A stretch of 64,000 bases of DNA. It comes from an uncultured Clostridia bacterium (lineage in GTDB: Bacteria; Bacillota; Clostridia; Oscillospirales; CAG-272). Positions 45,084-54,476 of the stretch are shown piece after piece (positions within the stretch are counted from its first letter, which is position 1; each line of letters opens with the position of its first letter). The position numbers were made by a program, and so were the translations under genes. The stretch lies in contig CAMJPL010000001.1 in assembly GCA_946407735.1 (NCBI GenBank), forward strand, positions 88,182-152,181, in the 5' to 3' direction. The notes below the pieces were generated by a model, which ran no database searches, was not told the DNA's origin, and was given only the letters and a program-made list of their open reading frames with translations.

Positions 45084-45962
45084 ATGTTCAGAATAAAAGA
45101 AGCCTATCCTCTTACCGACATAACGGTATATATGAAGATCGAGGCTCCGGACGTCGCGAAAAAGGCGGGACCGGGGCAGTTTATCATCCTCCGCGCCGAC
45201 GAGACCGGCGAGAGGGTGCCGTTCACCATCTCCGAAGCCGATCCGGCCGAGGGTACGGTATCGATAATCTTTCAGAAGGTCGGTCTTTCGACCCTCAAGC
45301 TCGGCGAGAAGAAGCCGGGCGACATGATCGCCGATTTCGTCGGGCCGCTCGGCAACGTCTCGCATCTCGACGGCTATAAATCCGCCTGCGTCATCGGCGG
45401 CGGACTCGGCTGCGCCATCGCCCTGCCTCAGGCGAAGTATCTAAGCGATCACGGCGCCAATGTCGACATGATCGCCGGATTCAGGAACAAGGACATAATA
45501 ATCCTTGAGCCGCAGATGAAAAGCGTCTGCGACACGCTGACGATAATGACCGACGACGGCTCGAACGGCAACAAGGGCCTCGTCACCGATGCCCTCAAGG
45601 CGAAGATAGCCGAAGGAAAGAAATACGACGTCGTCATCGCCATCGGCCCGCCGATAATGATGAAATTCGTCTCGCTCCTGACGAAGGAGTACGGGATAAA
45701 GACCATAGTCTCGCTCAACCCGATCATGATCGACGGCACCGGCATGTGCGGCGGCTGCCGCGTGACCGTGGGCGGCGAGAGAAAGTTCGCCTGCGTCGAC
45801 GGCCCCGATTTCGACGGGCATCTCGTCGATTTCGACGAGCTGATGAAGCGGAACGCCACCTACCGCGATATCGAGGGCGAGTGCTGCAATCTGTACAAGA
45901 TGGGTCAGCAGCGTCAGAGCGGACCTTCGAAGCCGTCGCAGCCGGAAGGAAAGGAGTCCTGA
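45084..45962 (+). CDS. nfnA: NADH-dependent reduced ferredoxin:NADP+ oxidoreductase subunit A (sulfide/dihydroorotate dehydrogenase-like FAD/NAD-binding protein)
   Basis: GGAGAG RBS precedes the ATG at 45084. MFRIKEAYPLTDITVYMKIEAP...GQFIILR...ERVPFTI and the C-terminal Cys cluster CGGCRV...FACVDGP. The ORF-track start is 44961. Confidence 0.85.
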   Translation: MFRIKEAYPLTDITVYMKIEAPDVAKKAGPGQFIILRADETGERVPFTISEADPAEGTVSIIFQKVGLSTLKLGEKKPGDMIADFVGPLGNVSHLDGYKSACVIGGGLGCAIALPQAKYLSDHGANVDMIAGFRNKDIIILEPQMKSVCDTLTIMTDDGSNGNKGLVTDALKAKIAEGKKYDVVIAIGPPIMMKFVSLLTKEYGIKTIVSLNPIMIDGTGMCGGCRVTVGGERKFACVDGPDFDGHLVDFDELMKRNATYRDIEGECCNLYKMGQQRQSGPSKPSQPEGKES

Positions 45963-45965
45963 ACA

Positions 45966-47357
45966 ATGCCCAACATGCAGAAGACAAAGACGCCGATGCC
46001 GTCGCAGGACGCTTCCGTCCGCGCAAGAAACTGGTATGAGGTCGCTCTCGGCTACACCGCCGAGGATATGGCGAATGAGGCCGCCCGCTGCCTCAACTGC
46101 AAAAACCATCCCTGCACGGCGGGATGTCCCGTCGCCGTGAACATTCCCGGCTTCATCAAAAAGCTCGCCGAGGGAAAGCCGACAGAAGCCCTGCGAGTGA
46201 TCGAGGAGACGAGCTCTCTCGCCGCGATATGCGGCCGCGTCTGCCCTCAGGAGCGTCAGTGCGAAAGCCTCTGCGTAAGAGGAAAGAACGGCGATCCGGT
46301 CGGCATAGGACGCCTTGAGCGCTACGCCGCCGATCACGGCGTCTCCGGCATATCCGGCGCGAAGAAGGAAAAGGACAGCGGCGTCCGCGTCGCCGTCATC
46401 GGATCGGGCCCTGCGGGGCTTTCCTGCGCCTCCGATCTCTGCCGCATGGGATATGAGGTCACGGTGTTCGAGGCCCTTCACAAGGCCGGCGGCGTGCTGT
46501 CGTACGGCATACCAGAGTTCCGTCTGCCGAAGAGCATCGTCGGCAAGCAGATAGAGTCGCTGAAGGAGCTCGGCGTCGAGTTCCGGCTCGATTACGTCGT
46601 CGGACGCACATTTACCGTCGACGAGCTGTTCGAGAGCGGGTACGAGGCGATATTCATCGGCAGCGGCGCCGGACTTCCCGGATTCATGGGCATCCCCGGC
46701 GAGAACGCCGCCGGAGTCATGAGCGCGAACGAATTCCTGACGCGTATAAACCTGATGAAGGCCTACCGCGAGGAATACGACACCCCGATCCGCATACCGA
46801 CCAGAGCCGCTGTTGTCGGCGGCGGAAACGTCGCCATGGACGCCGCGAGATGCGCCATGCGCCTCGGCGCCGAGGAGGTCAGCATCATATACCGCCGCTC
46901 CGAGGAAGAGATGCCGGCGAGAGCCGAGGAGATAGAGCACGCGAAGGAAGAGGGTATCGTCTTCCGCACGCTGCAGAATCCGGTAAAGGTCAACACCGAC
47001 GAGAAGGGCAATACCGTTTCGGTGACGGTCGTCGATATGGAGCTCGGCGAGCCGGGACCCGACGGACGCCGCAGACCGGTCGAGAAGGCGGGCTCCGAGC
47101 ACGACATACCCTGCGACACGCTGATCGTCGCCGTCGGCACATCGCCGAACCCGCTGCTGCGCATGACGACGCCCGGGCTTGAGAGCGACAGGAAGGGCTG
47201 CCTTACCGTCCTCGAGGACGGCGTGACTACCACCCGTCCCGGCGTGTTCGCCGGAGGCGACGCGGTATCTGGCGCGGCGACCGTCATACTCGCGATGGGC
47301 GCCGGAAAGAAGGCCGCCAAGGCGATAGACGAGTATCTTAAAAGCAAGGCGAAATAA
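45966..47357 (+). CDS. nfnB: NfnB / GltD-like NADPH-dependent oxidoreductase (glutamate synthase small-chain family)
   Basis: CLNCKNHPCTAGCPV...ICGRVCPQE..CE Fe-S motifs, plus two dinucleotide-binding motifs (VAVIGSGPAGL, AAVVGGGNVAMD). Confidence 0.88.
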   Translation: MPNMQKTKTPMPSQDASVRARNWYEVALGYTAEDMANEAARCLNCKNHPCTAGCPVAVNIPGFIKKLAEGKPTEALRVIEETSSLAAICGRVCPQERQCESLCVRGKNGDPVGIGRLERYAADHGVSGISGAKKEKDSGVRVAVIGSGPAGLSCASDLCRMGYEVTVFEALHKAGGVLSYGIPEFRLPKSIVGKQIESLKELGVEFRLDYVVGRTFTVDELFESGYEAIFIGSGAGLPGFMGIPGENAAGVMSANEFLTRINLMKAYREEYDTPIRIPTRAAVVGGGNVAMDAARCAMRLGAEEVSIIYRRSEEEMPARAEEIEHAKEEGIVFRTLQNPVKVNTDEKGNTVSVTVVDMELGEPGPDGRRRPVEKAGSEHDIPCDTLIVAVGTSPNPLLRMTTPGLESDRKGCLTVLEDGVTTTRPGVFAGGDAVSGAATVILAMGAGKKAAKAIDEYLKSKAK

Positions 47358-47365
47358 ATAGACGT

Positions 47366-47405
47366 AAAACCGCGGATGTCTGCGAAGGCAGTCCGCGGTT
47401 TATTT
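47366..47405 (+). terminator. rho-independent terminator of nfnAB
   Basis: AAAACCGCGGA ... TCCGCGGTTT stem followed by ATTT. Confidence 0.7.
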
Positions 47406-47443
47406 GGATATCGTGTTTAACGCCGCGAGAGGGGAAAACGGAG

Positions 47444-48265
47444 ATGGAAAAATTATTCGAAGGCGTTTTTTCGGGATGCTTCTCACCTGAATGCCGCGCC
47501 GATGAAAACGGGATCATCAGGCGAAAGAACGATACCGGCGAAGACCGCGTCCTTGACGGCGATTTTTTTGACGAAACGGATATCAGGCTGTGGCGCGGCG
47601 GCGCTTTTTCAAGAAGTCTTGAGAGCCGCGCCTTTCTCGGCAATCCCGCTTCGCGCCGTCTGATTGACGAGATCGTCCGCCGCGGATGCGTGATAGATCT
47701 CGCCTGCGGACCGGGGATGGGGTTCATCCCGTCGGTGAAGATGCTCGATCCGTCGCTTCCATGCATCGCATCGGACGCGAATTACGACGTGCTGAACGAA
47801 TGGCGGAAATTCATCGGCGGAAGAAAGCTCGGCCGTCTCGGCTTCGCGCGGTTCTCGCTGTTCGACATTCCGATCAGGAGCGGCTCGGTTCCGGCGTACA
47901 GCAGCTTCATCGGGATCTCAAGCACGCGTGAGGGGGAGAAGGGGCATATAAAAGCCCTGTCCGAGATCCGACGGACTCTCTCGGATGGCGGTGTCCTCTG
48001 CGCCGTCGAGAGCGAATGGACGGACGTCCCGGCGATACTGCAGCTGTTTGAGAGGATGGGCCGGGAGCCGTGGGGCTGCTTTCTCGAAGAGCGGAAGCAG
48101 TGGCATGACAGGTTTGAGGAAAACGGCTTCGATATAATATACGAAGCGCCGTATGAGTACAGGAGTCTTTCAGCCGATGACAACGAGCTCGGCGAGGCGT
48201 CGGAAAGGTACGGCGTCGATGTGGGAATGAAGTTCACGGCGTTTATCGTCGGGAAGAGGGGATAA
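47444..48265 (+). CDS. class I SAM-dependent methyltransferase
   Basis: VIDLACGPGMG (motif I) in a ~270-aa protein. The substrate is unknown. Confidence 0.65.
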   Translation: MEKLFEGVFSGCFSPECRADENGIIRRKNDTGEDRVLDGDFFDETDIRLWRGGAFSRSLESRAFLGNPASRRLIDEIVRRGCVIDLACGPGMGFIPSVKMLDPSLPCIASDANYDVLNEWRKFIGGRKLGRLGFARFSLFDIPIRSGSVPAYSSFIGISSTREGEKGHIKALSEIRRTLSDGGVLCAVESEWTDVPAILQLFERMGREPWGCFLEERKQWHDRFEENGFDIIYEAPYEYRSLSADDNELGEASERYGVDVGMKFTAFIVGKRG

Positions 48266-48371
48266 AAAATGACGCCCGGAATCCGCTGAAAAAACTTTAT
48301 GAAAAAACGCAGAATGACCCAATGATCAAGCCCCTTTCCGCACTTTAAAGACGAAAGGCAGGTGAGAAGCG

Positions 48372-49922
48372 ATGAATGCCGGGATACTGAGCGACTATGT
48401 CGACAGAGTTTACGCCTTTGCGGTGAAGCGGACGTTTTCCGAGGAAGAAGCGGCCGATCTTTCTCAGGAAATACTCTGTACCGCGATGGAATCGCTGCCG
48501 AAGCTGCGAGACGAGAGCCGCTTCGAGCCGTGGCTCTGGGGGATCGCGAAAAACGTGGCAAGGACATTCAGCAGAAGAATGGGAAAGCAGCGCGTGATGT
48601 TCGGCTACGATCTTCCGCCGGACCTTGCGGCGGAAGAATATGAGGACGATGACAGCAGCGAGCTCTATTCTCTGCTGCGGCTCAGGATATCGCGTTTGTC
48701 GGCGTTATACCGCGAAATCATCATTCTATACTATTATGACGGCCTTTCGACAAAAGCCATTGCCCAAAAACTCTCCGTCCCGGAGGGGACAGTAACGTGG
48801 AGGCTGTCCGAGGCGAGGCGGAAGATCAAAAAGGAGTTTGATGAAATGGAATTTGAGCAGACTGCGTTAAGACCGGTCGTGATGAGGATAACCATCACCG
48901 GCAGCGGGAATTATGACGGCATAAAAGTACCGTTCCCATCAGATTATATAAGCGACGCGCTTTCGCAGAACATTCTCTTTCAGTGCATGGAAGAAGCGAA
49001 AAGCGTGGAGGAGCTTTCGAAAATCTGCGGGGTCCCGGCTTATTATATCGAAGAGCGAATCGATAATCTTCTGAGGCGCGAAGCGGTAAAAGAAACCGCG
49101 AAAGGAAGATTTATTACCGATTTCTGGGTGAAGACGGACAAATATGCACAATATCTGGATGAAAACGCCGAGAAAGCCGTTGCGCCCGTGAAAGACGCTG
49201 TGATCGAAGCGATCCGGTGTCTGACTGAAGAATCGCGAAAAACAGGATATTATACCGCAAAAAAAAGCGATGACGAGCTCTTTTATCTTTGCGCATGGCT
49301 GGGATTTGAGCATATGAGCTACAGGTGTCCGAGAGTTCCGTATAAGCCGCACGCGGAAAAATACGACGGCTATCGCTGGGATTATATCGGAGATATGCGT
49401 ACGGGAACTTACCGCGATTTCAGTCTCGGCAGCAGTGCGTCCATGAACAACTTCGAAAGCGGAAAGTATTCGCATTTTAATTTATTCGCTTTCGGTTATG
49501 ACTGGCATCAGATGATGAAAGACTATATGATCGACGTCTGCGTAAAAGTACTCAAGGGAGAAGAACCGGAGGATAAGTCGTCCGCGGCAGAAGCTATCCG
49601 CGACGGGTATCTTGTACGAAACGGCGACGGCACGCTTTATGTCGCCGCGCCAGCGTTCACACGCAGACAGAAGGATGATTTCAATGAGCTTACAGACAAA
49701 ATATTCGCGCCGCTCTTTGAGCAGTATGTCGGCATCGTTGTAAAGTTCGCGTCAGGCTACAGGGAACTGTTCCCGAAGCATCTGCCTGACGCTGCGGACA
49801 GAGCATGCCGCGGATTATTCATGCATCTGCTCAACGCGCTGATACTGTCCGCGCAGGGAGACGGTATTTTGAAGCCTCCCGCGTCCGGCAAAGTATTGGA
49901 TGTGTTGATCGAAAACAGATAA
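48372..49922 (+). CDS. ECF-type sigma-70 family factor fused to a ~340-aa soluble C-terminal extension
   Basis: Sigma region 2 (DLSQEILCTAMESLPKL...FEPWLWGIAKN) and region 4 (YYYDGLSTKAIAQKLSVPEGTVTWRLSEARRKIK), then a long extension with no TM helix. Confidence 0.8.
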   Translation: MNAGILSDYVDRVYAFAVKRTFSEEEAADLSQEILCTAMESLPKLRDESRFEPWLWGIAKNVARTFSRRMGKQRVMFGYDLPPDLAAEEYEDDDSSELYSLLRLRISRLSALYREIIILYYYDGLSTKAIAQKLSVPEGTVTWRLSEARRKIKKEFDEMEFEQTALRPVVMRITITGSGNYDGIKVPFPSDYISDALSQNILFQCMEEAKSVEELSKICGVPAYYIEERIDNLLRREAVKETAKGRFITDFWVKTDKYAQYLDENAEKAVAPVKDAVIEAIRCLTEESRKTGYYTAKKSDDELFYLCAWLGFEHMSYRCPRVPYKPHAEKYDGYRWDYIGDMRTGTYRDFSLGSSASMNNFESGKYSHFNLFAFGYDWHQMMKDYMIDVCVKVLKGEEPEDKSSAAEAIRDGYLVRNGDGTLYVAAPAFTRRQKDDFNELTDKIFAPLFEQYVGIVVKFASGYRELFPKHLPDAADRACRGLFMHLLNALILSAQGDGILKPPASGKVLDVLIENR

Positions 49923-49931
49923 GAAACAGAA

Positions 49932-49966
49932 GGGCGGGGAGATTGCCTCCCCGCCCCCGCGTTTTT
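49932..49966 (+). terminator. rho-independent terminator
   Basis: GGGCGGGGAG-attgc-CTCCCCGCCC followed by CCGCGTTTTT. Confidence 0.75.
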
Positions 49967-50080
49967 CCGGCGCAGGCGGGAGTGATGATGCCATCTGCGT
50001 TTCGTGCCGGAAAAATATTGTCTTTCACAGCTGACGTAAAACACATGGAAACCGCTCTGCGATTTCCGAAGCCCGGTCCA

Positions 50081-50127
50081 TGAAAAATAATAAGCCCTAA
50101 GCGACACCTTTTGGAATCGCTTAGGGC
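50081..50127 (-). terminator. rho-independent terminator downstream of tRNA-Leu
   Basis: Minus strand: GCCCTAAGCGA-12 nt-TCGCTTAGGGC followed by TTATTTTTCA. Confidence 0.8.
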
Positions 50128-50128
50128 C

Positions 50129-50211
50129 TGGTGCGGGTAACAGGGATCGAACCTGCACGTGAAAACACAAGATCCTAAATCTTGCGCGTCTGCCAATTCC
50201 GCCATACCCGC
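50129..50211 (-). tRNA. tRNA-Leu (anticodon UAG)
   Basis: The reverse complement reads GCGGGTA-TG-GCG..CGC-G-CAAGA-TTTAGGA-TCTTG-(GTG TTTT CAC variable arm)-GCAGG-TTCGATC-CCTGT-TACCCGC-ACCA. It folds as a cloverleaf and CCA is encoded. Confidence 0.9.
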
Positions 50212-50215
50212 GTAT
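50173..50215. repeat. att direct repeat (copy within the intact tRNA-Leu)
   Basis: TCCTAAATCTTGCGCGTCTGCCAATTCCGCCATACCCGCGTAT, identical to 55086-55128. It covers tRNA nt 1 to the anticodon loop plus 4 nt of 5' flank. Confidence 0.95.
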
Positions 50216-50335
50216 TCCCGTGAGACCTTGTATTTAAAGGGCTAACACGGTATTTGAATTTATTTCGTTCTTATGTAATGGCATACGGTCTGCCATTGTT
50301 TTTTGAGCTTTTTCTGTGTGAGTCTGCCAATATTA

Positions 50336-51700
50336 TCACATAGAGCCTGTTATAATATTCGTCATCGTAGAGACGCAAGCCCTTTCGGAAGTCGTTTTCA
50401 AGTGCCCGTAAATGTTGACTGTCGTTTGTATGTCGCTGTGTCCGAGAAGTTTCTGTATCTTCTCTATCGGCACACCGTGTTCATGTAATATTTTCGTTAC
50501 TGTGTGACGCAAATCATGAAATCTGATATGCGGCATACCGCAGTCATCGAGCATCTTTGAATACATCTGGGATAAGCAGTTCGGCTTTATTATCTTTCCC
50601 GCATTCGGTTTCTTCGTCCTCAAGCAGATATAATCCGACCACTCAGAATTATAGTCCGGTATCGTTTCCGCTCTTTCTTTCTGCTGTTCCTTTTCGGTTT
50701 TGAGAATATCGAGCAGCGTATCGTCAATCTCTATACCTCTGAGAGATGAAGCCGTTTTTCCTTTCGGTTCCCATAACAAGCCGTCTATCGCATCTTCCGT
50801 TTTTACTCTGTCTTTAAGCTGTCCTCTGACGTATAACAACTTATTATCAAAGTCGATATCTTTCCACCTCAAGCCGAGAACTTCACTTCGCCTCATCGCA
50901 GTTATCGACGCAAGCAAAATAGGTATGTATAATCCCGTTTCCTTCGCATAGTTTATGAGCTTATACACCTGATCTTCGCTGTATGTCTCGGCGTAGTATT
51001 TTTCTTTCTTCGGCAAAGTAACTTTATCAGCAGGGTTATTGACGATAATATCTTTGAAATATGCGTCTTTTAATGCGCTTTTAATGAGCGCATGATAGCG
51101 TCTTATCGTCTCATTCTTTATGCCTCTTTCCTCTTTTATGTCTGAATAGAATTGTTCGAGCTGATAAGCGTTGATCTCTTTCAGCTTGACATCGTATTGC
51201 GAGAAATAAGGCACAATAACTCCACGGATATTGTATTCGTAAGATGAAAATGTCGATAGCTCTATCGTGTTCCTTTTCTTCTCCAACCAAAAATCCATGT
51301 ATCCCGAGAATTGCATTTCCGCGATATCTTTCTGAACGTCGGATTTGGGGAAGGTTTTCTTTTCTGACTTTGCGGCTTTGGGTTTATCGTCGATGTTGAA
51401 GTCGAGAATATGCCCCGTCTTCATCTCTTTTGCTTCCCATTCCGCCTTTTTGCTCTGCATCATCCTTTCTGCTATGGGTCTATTTTCTTCTGTTGCTGAA
51501 AGTCCTGTTCCGATTGTTTTCCTTTGACGCTTGCCGTAAATGGTATGGTCTAAGACGATGTACCATTTGCCTTTCTGATCGTCAAGTCTTGCTTTCAAAT
51601 TTTCGCCGTTCCTTTTTTTGCAACAGCCATCGGCAGAAGATATTATATCATAATCTTGCGCGTCTGTCAAGTTTGTACCGTTAAAATCCTTAGTAAACAA
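50336..51700 (-). CDS. int: tyrosine-type site-specific integrase
   Basis: 454 aa. C-terminal catalytic region ...RRSEVLGLRW...HDLRHTVTKILH...LLGHSDIQTTVNIYGHL shows the R..HxxR..Y pattern. TTG start preceded by AAGGAG. Confidence 0.92.
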   Translation of the reverse strand: MFTKDFNGTNLTDAQDYDIISSADGCCKKRNGENLKARLDDQKGKWYIVLDHTIYGKRQRKTIGTGLSATEENRPIAERMMQSKKAEWEAKEMKTGHILDFNIDDKPKAAKSEKKTFPKSDVQKDIAEMQFSGYMDFWLEKKRNTIELSTFSSYEYNIRGVIVPYFSQYDVKLKEINAYQLEQFYSDIKEERGIKNETIRRYHALIKSALKDAYFKDIIVNNPADKVTLPKKEKYYAETYSEDQVYKLINYAKETGLYIPILLASITAMRRSEVLGLRWKDIDFDNKLLYVRGQLKDRVKTEDAIDGLLWEPKGKTASSLRGIEIDDTLLDILKTEKEQQKERAETIPDYNSEWSDYICLRTKKPNAGKIIKPNCLSQMYSKMLDDCGMPHIRFHDLRHTVTKILHEHGVPIEKIQKLLGHSDIQTTVNIYGHLKTTSERACVSTMTNIITGSM

Positions 51701-52247
51701 CTGCTAATCACTCCTTGTAATTGTAAACTCTTGAACATAAAATGTCCGAATAAATAACTACTGTTCATGAAATTATGGTTAGAGATATCTAACATGAACG
51801 TAAAAATGCCGCATAATTCACACTATGCGGGTGATGATATTCATAATATGCGTTAATATACATCGAATATGCAGAAAATATACATCAACGAAAATGTATA
51901 TTGCCGAAAATTATTTTCCGAAAAAGTCCGAATTGCGATTTATCCAGTAAATATAAGGCTTAATGCGATTCGCCGTTTTATATTAAAGTCCCATTTTGTA
52001 TAATGTAACGCCGTTTGAACGAAGTATTGAATTTTATGCTATCTTTGACTTTCTGACCTTCAGAAAAGCAGACTCAGCCGTTTATATTTCAGAAATATAT
52101 TCATCGGCAGATATCAATTCTCCGTTTCTTGCGCGTCTGCCGTGAGCCTTTGCAAGGCATAAAAACAGCGCTTTGGGGAGAGAGAATAATATATCCCTCT
52201 CCCGTAAAATGTCTCATTTCAGCCTTAAAACGCGCATATGACGCTGA

Positions 52248-52448
52248 TCATGAGATATAATCTCTGAGCGCCGTCTCGCTGACGCTCCAACCGTTTCCGA
52301 GCTTAACGCCTCTTATCTCGCCTGTTCTGATCTTATTCAAAGCTGTCCGATAGTTCACTCCGAGTTTGTTTGCGACTTCCTCGGACGTGTACATCTTTAT
52401 GCTTTCGTTCTTGTTTGTCTGCTGATTGTGAATCTTGATTGTTCTCAT
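52248..52448 (-). CDS. xis: excisionase-family helix-turn-helix DNA-binding protein
   Basis: 66 aa. YTSEEVANKLGVNYRTALNKIRTGEIRGVKLGNGWSVSETALRDYI matches the HTH_17/excisionase pattern. Confidence 0.75.
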   Translation of the reverse strand: MRTIKIHNQQTNKNESIKMYTSEEVANKLGVNYRTALNKIRTGEIRGVKLGNGWSVSETALRDYIS

Positions 52449-52519
52449 TTTTCGTGTCCCTTTCTTTATTCCGTTTCTCTTTCTTACCTCATGCCGCTGT
52501 TCATGAGGAATAATCTATC

Positions 52520-53644
52520 TCAATCTACAAGCTCTACGTTTGTCATAACGTAGTTTCCGCCCATAGAGTTATACCATTGAAATTGAACGATAGCTTTTCT
52601 CACAACGCCGTTGAGGGTATTTATCTCGGCGGTTTCGTCTTCCGCTGTTGTCCCCGCTAATTCCTCAACGTCCTTGCAATCGTCCATACGTTCAATTTTA
52701 AGTTCTTTTCGGGCTTTCTGAAATACACCGCCCATAGCCATAGCGTGACGATTCTTCAAAACTTTTGAGAGTGTCGATACCGTCGAATCAATAACGGCGT
52801 TCTGCTGAGAAAATATCTTCGTGTATTCCTTGCAGTCCTTATCGTTTATATCTCCCTTTCCGACGTATGCAGCCGTTTCAAGGGTCTGCTTCATGAGTTC
52901 CGAATAGTCCTCTGTACCCTCCGCAACGGGCTTTACGTTTACGCCTTTGTCGGGATTAATATATTTTCCTGTTATTCTGCCCCATGCCGATGTAAGCGTC
53001 TTTTGGAGAATGTCACACTCTCCCTGAGTGCGATAACTGTCTTTCTTAACGGCGACAATGGCGTGAATATGAGGGTGATATATAATCAATCGGTTTTTCA
53101 ATTCTCCGTAGTTTACCGTTATCTCAGTAGCCTTGAAAAAGCCGAGAGAGAATGAATTAAACTCTTTCGATTTTCTGAGTGCCGTCCATGCCCTTTCGAT
53201 ATTATCGTATTCGGAGTTCAGATTTTCGCCTGTTATTCTTCCGCTGACGGTAAGCGTGAGCAGAATAAAACTGTATTCTTCTGTATCGTTATAGAGATAG
53301 TCGACTATGTCCGAAAGATTTTTTCTCATCTTCCGATACTTGTTCCATGAGCAGAGAGCGCAGAGGCGATCTTCGCAGAACCATGCGGATTTGAATTTAC
53401 CCCGCGAGAATACGCCGTCTTTGTAAACAGCCTCATACCATATCGGAGTGCCGCAGCTTCTGCACCTGTCCGCTCTGTCTTTCTCGCCTAAACGGTACAG
53501 ACTGTCCGAGAGCTTAATATTCAGCCTTTTGCGGTCTTTAAAGCCGTTCTCTTTGTCGATGTCATATCGGCATTTCCGTTCAAGTTCGGATTTATTAATC
53601 CGTATTTTTTCTTCCGTCTGATTGACGGGCATTATTTTTTCCAT
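52520..53644 (-). CDS. rep: Rep_1-family (pUB110/pC194-type) rolling-circle replication initiator / putative relaxase
   Basis: Cys-rich N-region (FCEDRLCALCSWNKYRK), motif 1 FILLTLTV, HUH motif YHPHIHAIV, and Tyr motif ETAAYVGK. AAAGGAG RBS. Confidence 0.88.
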   Translation of the reverse strand: MEKIMPVNQTEEKIRINKSELERKCRYDIDKENGFKDRKRLNIKLSDSLYRLGEKDRADRCRSCGTPIWYEAVYKDGVFSRGKFKSAWFCEDRLCALCSWNKYRKMRKNLSDIVDYLYNDTEEYSFILLTLTVSGRITGENLNSEYDNIERAWTALRKSKEFNSFSLGFFKATEITVNYGELKNRLIIYHPHIHAIVAVKKDSYRTQGECDILQKTLTSAWGRITGKYINPDKGVNVKPVAEGTEDYSELMKQTLETAAYVGKGDINDKDCKEYTKIFSQQNAVIDSTVSTLSKVLKNRHAMAMGGVFQKARKELKIERMDDCKDVEELAGTTAEDETAEINTLNGVVRKAIVQFQWYNSMGGNYVMTNVELVD

Positions 53645-53697
53645 GAGCTTACGCTCCTTTCTGGTGATATATCATCCTTTCTTTTTTGAGATTTTAT

Positions 53698-53715
53698 AGT
53701 TATCATATGATAACT
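53698..53715. promoter_or_regulatory. perfect 18-bp palindrome in the rep promoter region (candidate operator)
   Basis: AGTTATCATATGATAACT, located 54-71 nt upstream of the rep start and overlapping a TATGAT -10-like hexamer on the minus strand. Confidence 0.55.
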
Positions 53716-54449
53716 TTGCTGAAAAGTGTAAGTCCGATTTATATAGATAAATACTGACTTTCTTGAAAAATCGCTGACACTTATCCGTAATATAACTTAA
53801 TCATGTAGAAAACCGAAATCTCAGCTTTTCGGAGAGAGGCATAACGTCAATTCGAGAATCAATCCGCCTTTGATACATGACAGCGGTCAACGTGTGTCTG
53901 AGCGGATTTCTCTCTCCTATTAAATCAAATGACTCAAAAACTCATCAGCCCTTGTAAATGCTGAATAAATCAGTTGTAAGAAGATTGTGCCACCACCCCG
54001 AAAACGGCGATTTTTGTATATTTTCCGTATCTCTATCGTCACTTCATGGCGGTCTGCTGATATGCCGTTGTCATTCTAATATATTCTACTGTCGGCTGAG
54101 TGTTGTTCCGTAGTCGATTGATTGCGGCTTTCTCTCCTATACCGAAAAATACCACAAGACAACAAACGCAGATAAATACTACATAAATCAATGGTCATTT
54201 ACTTTAGTTTACTAAAAATTGGGTGCTTTTTTGTATGTTTTTACGTTCGGATAGACTCTTAAAATCTTAAAAAGTTGCGAATATTAATATAACAGTTAAA
54301 AGTATCTAACCCATAAACAAAAAAGGCCGTCATTTCTGACGGTCGTATCGTTCGATCTTTGATCTCTGCATCTGCTGTACCATTATCGGATGAATAAGCG
54401 ATACAGCTTAAAACGTGTAATGTACCCCCCGTATCGAGCGCAAATATAA

Positions 54450-54476
54450 AACCGTGGGCTTAGTCTGTCCACGGTC
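54450..54476 (-). terminator. rho-independent terminator after the acidic ORF
   Basis: Minus strand: ACCGTGG-11 nt-CCACGGT followed by TTTATATTT. Confidence 0.65.

Noticed and set aside
52104-52217. 37-aa minus-strand small ORF (MRHFTGEGYIILSPQSAVFMPCKGSRQTRKKRRIDICR) just downstream of xis, overlapping the internal att-like 15-mer.
   Set aside because: It has only a weak AAGG upstream and no recognisable family, and it could arise by chance in this region. I kept it as a note only.
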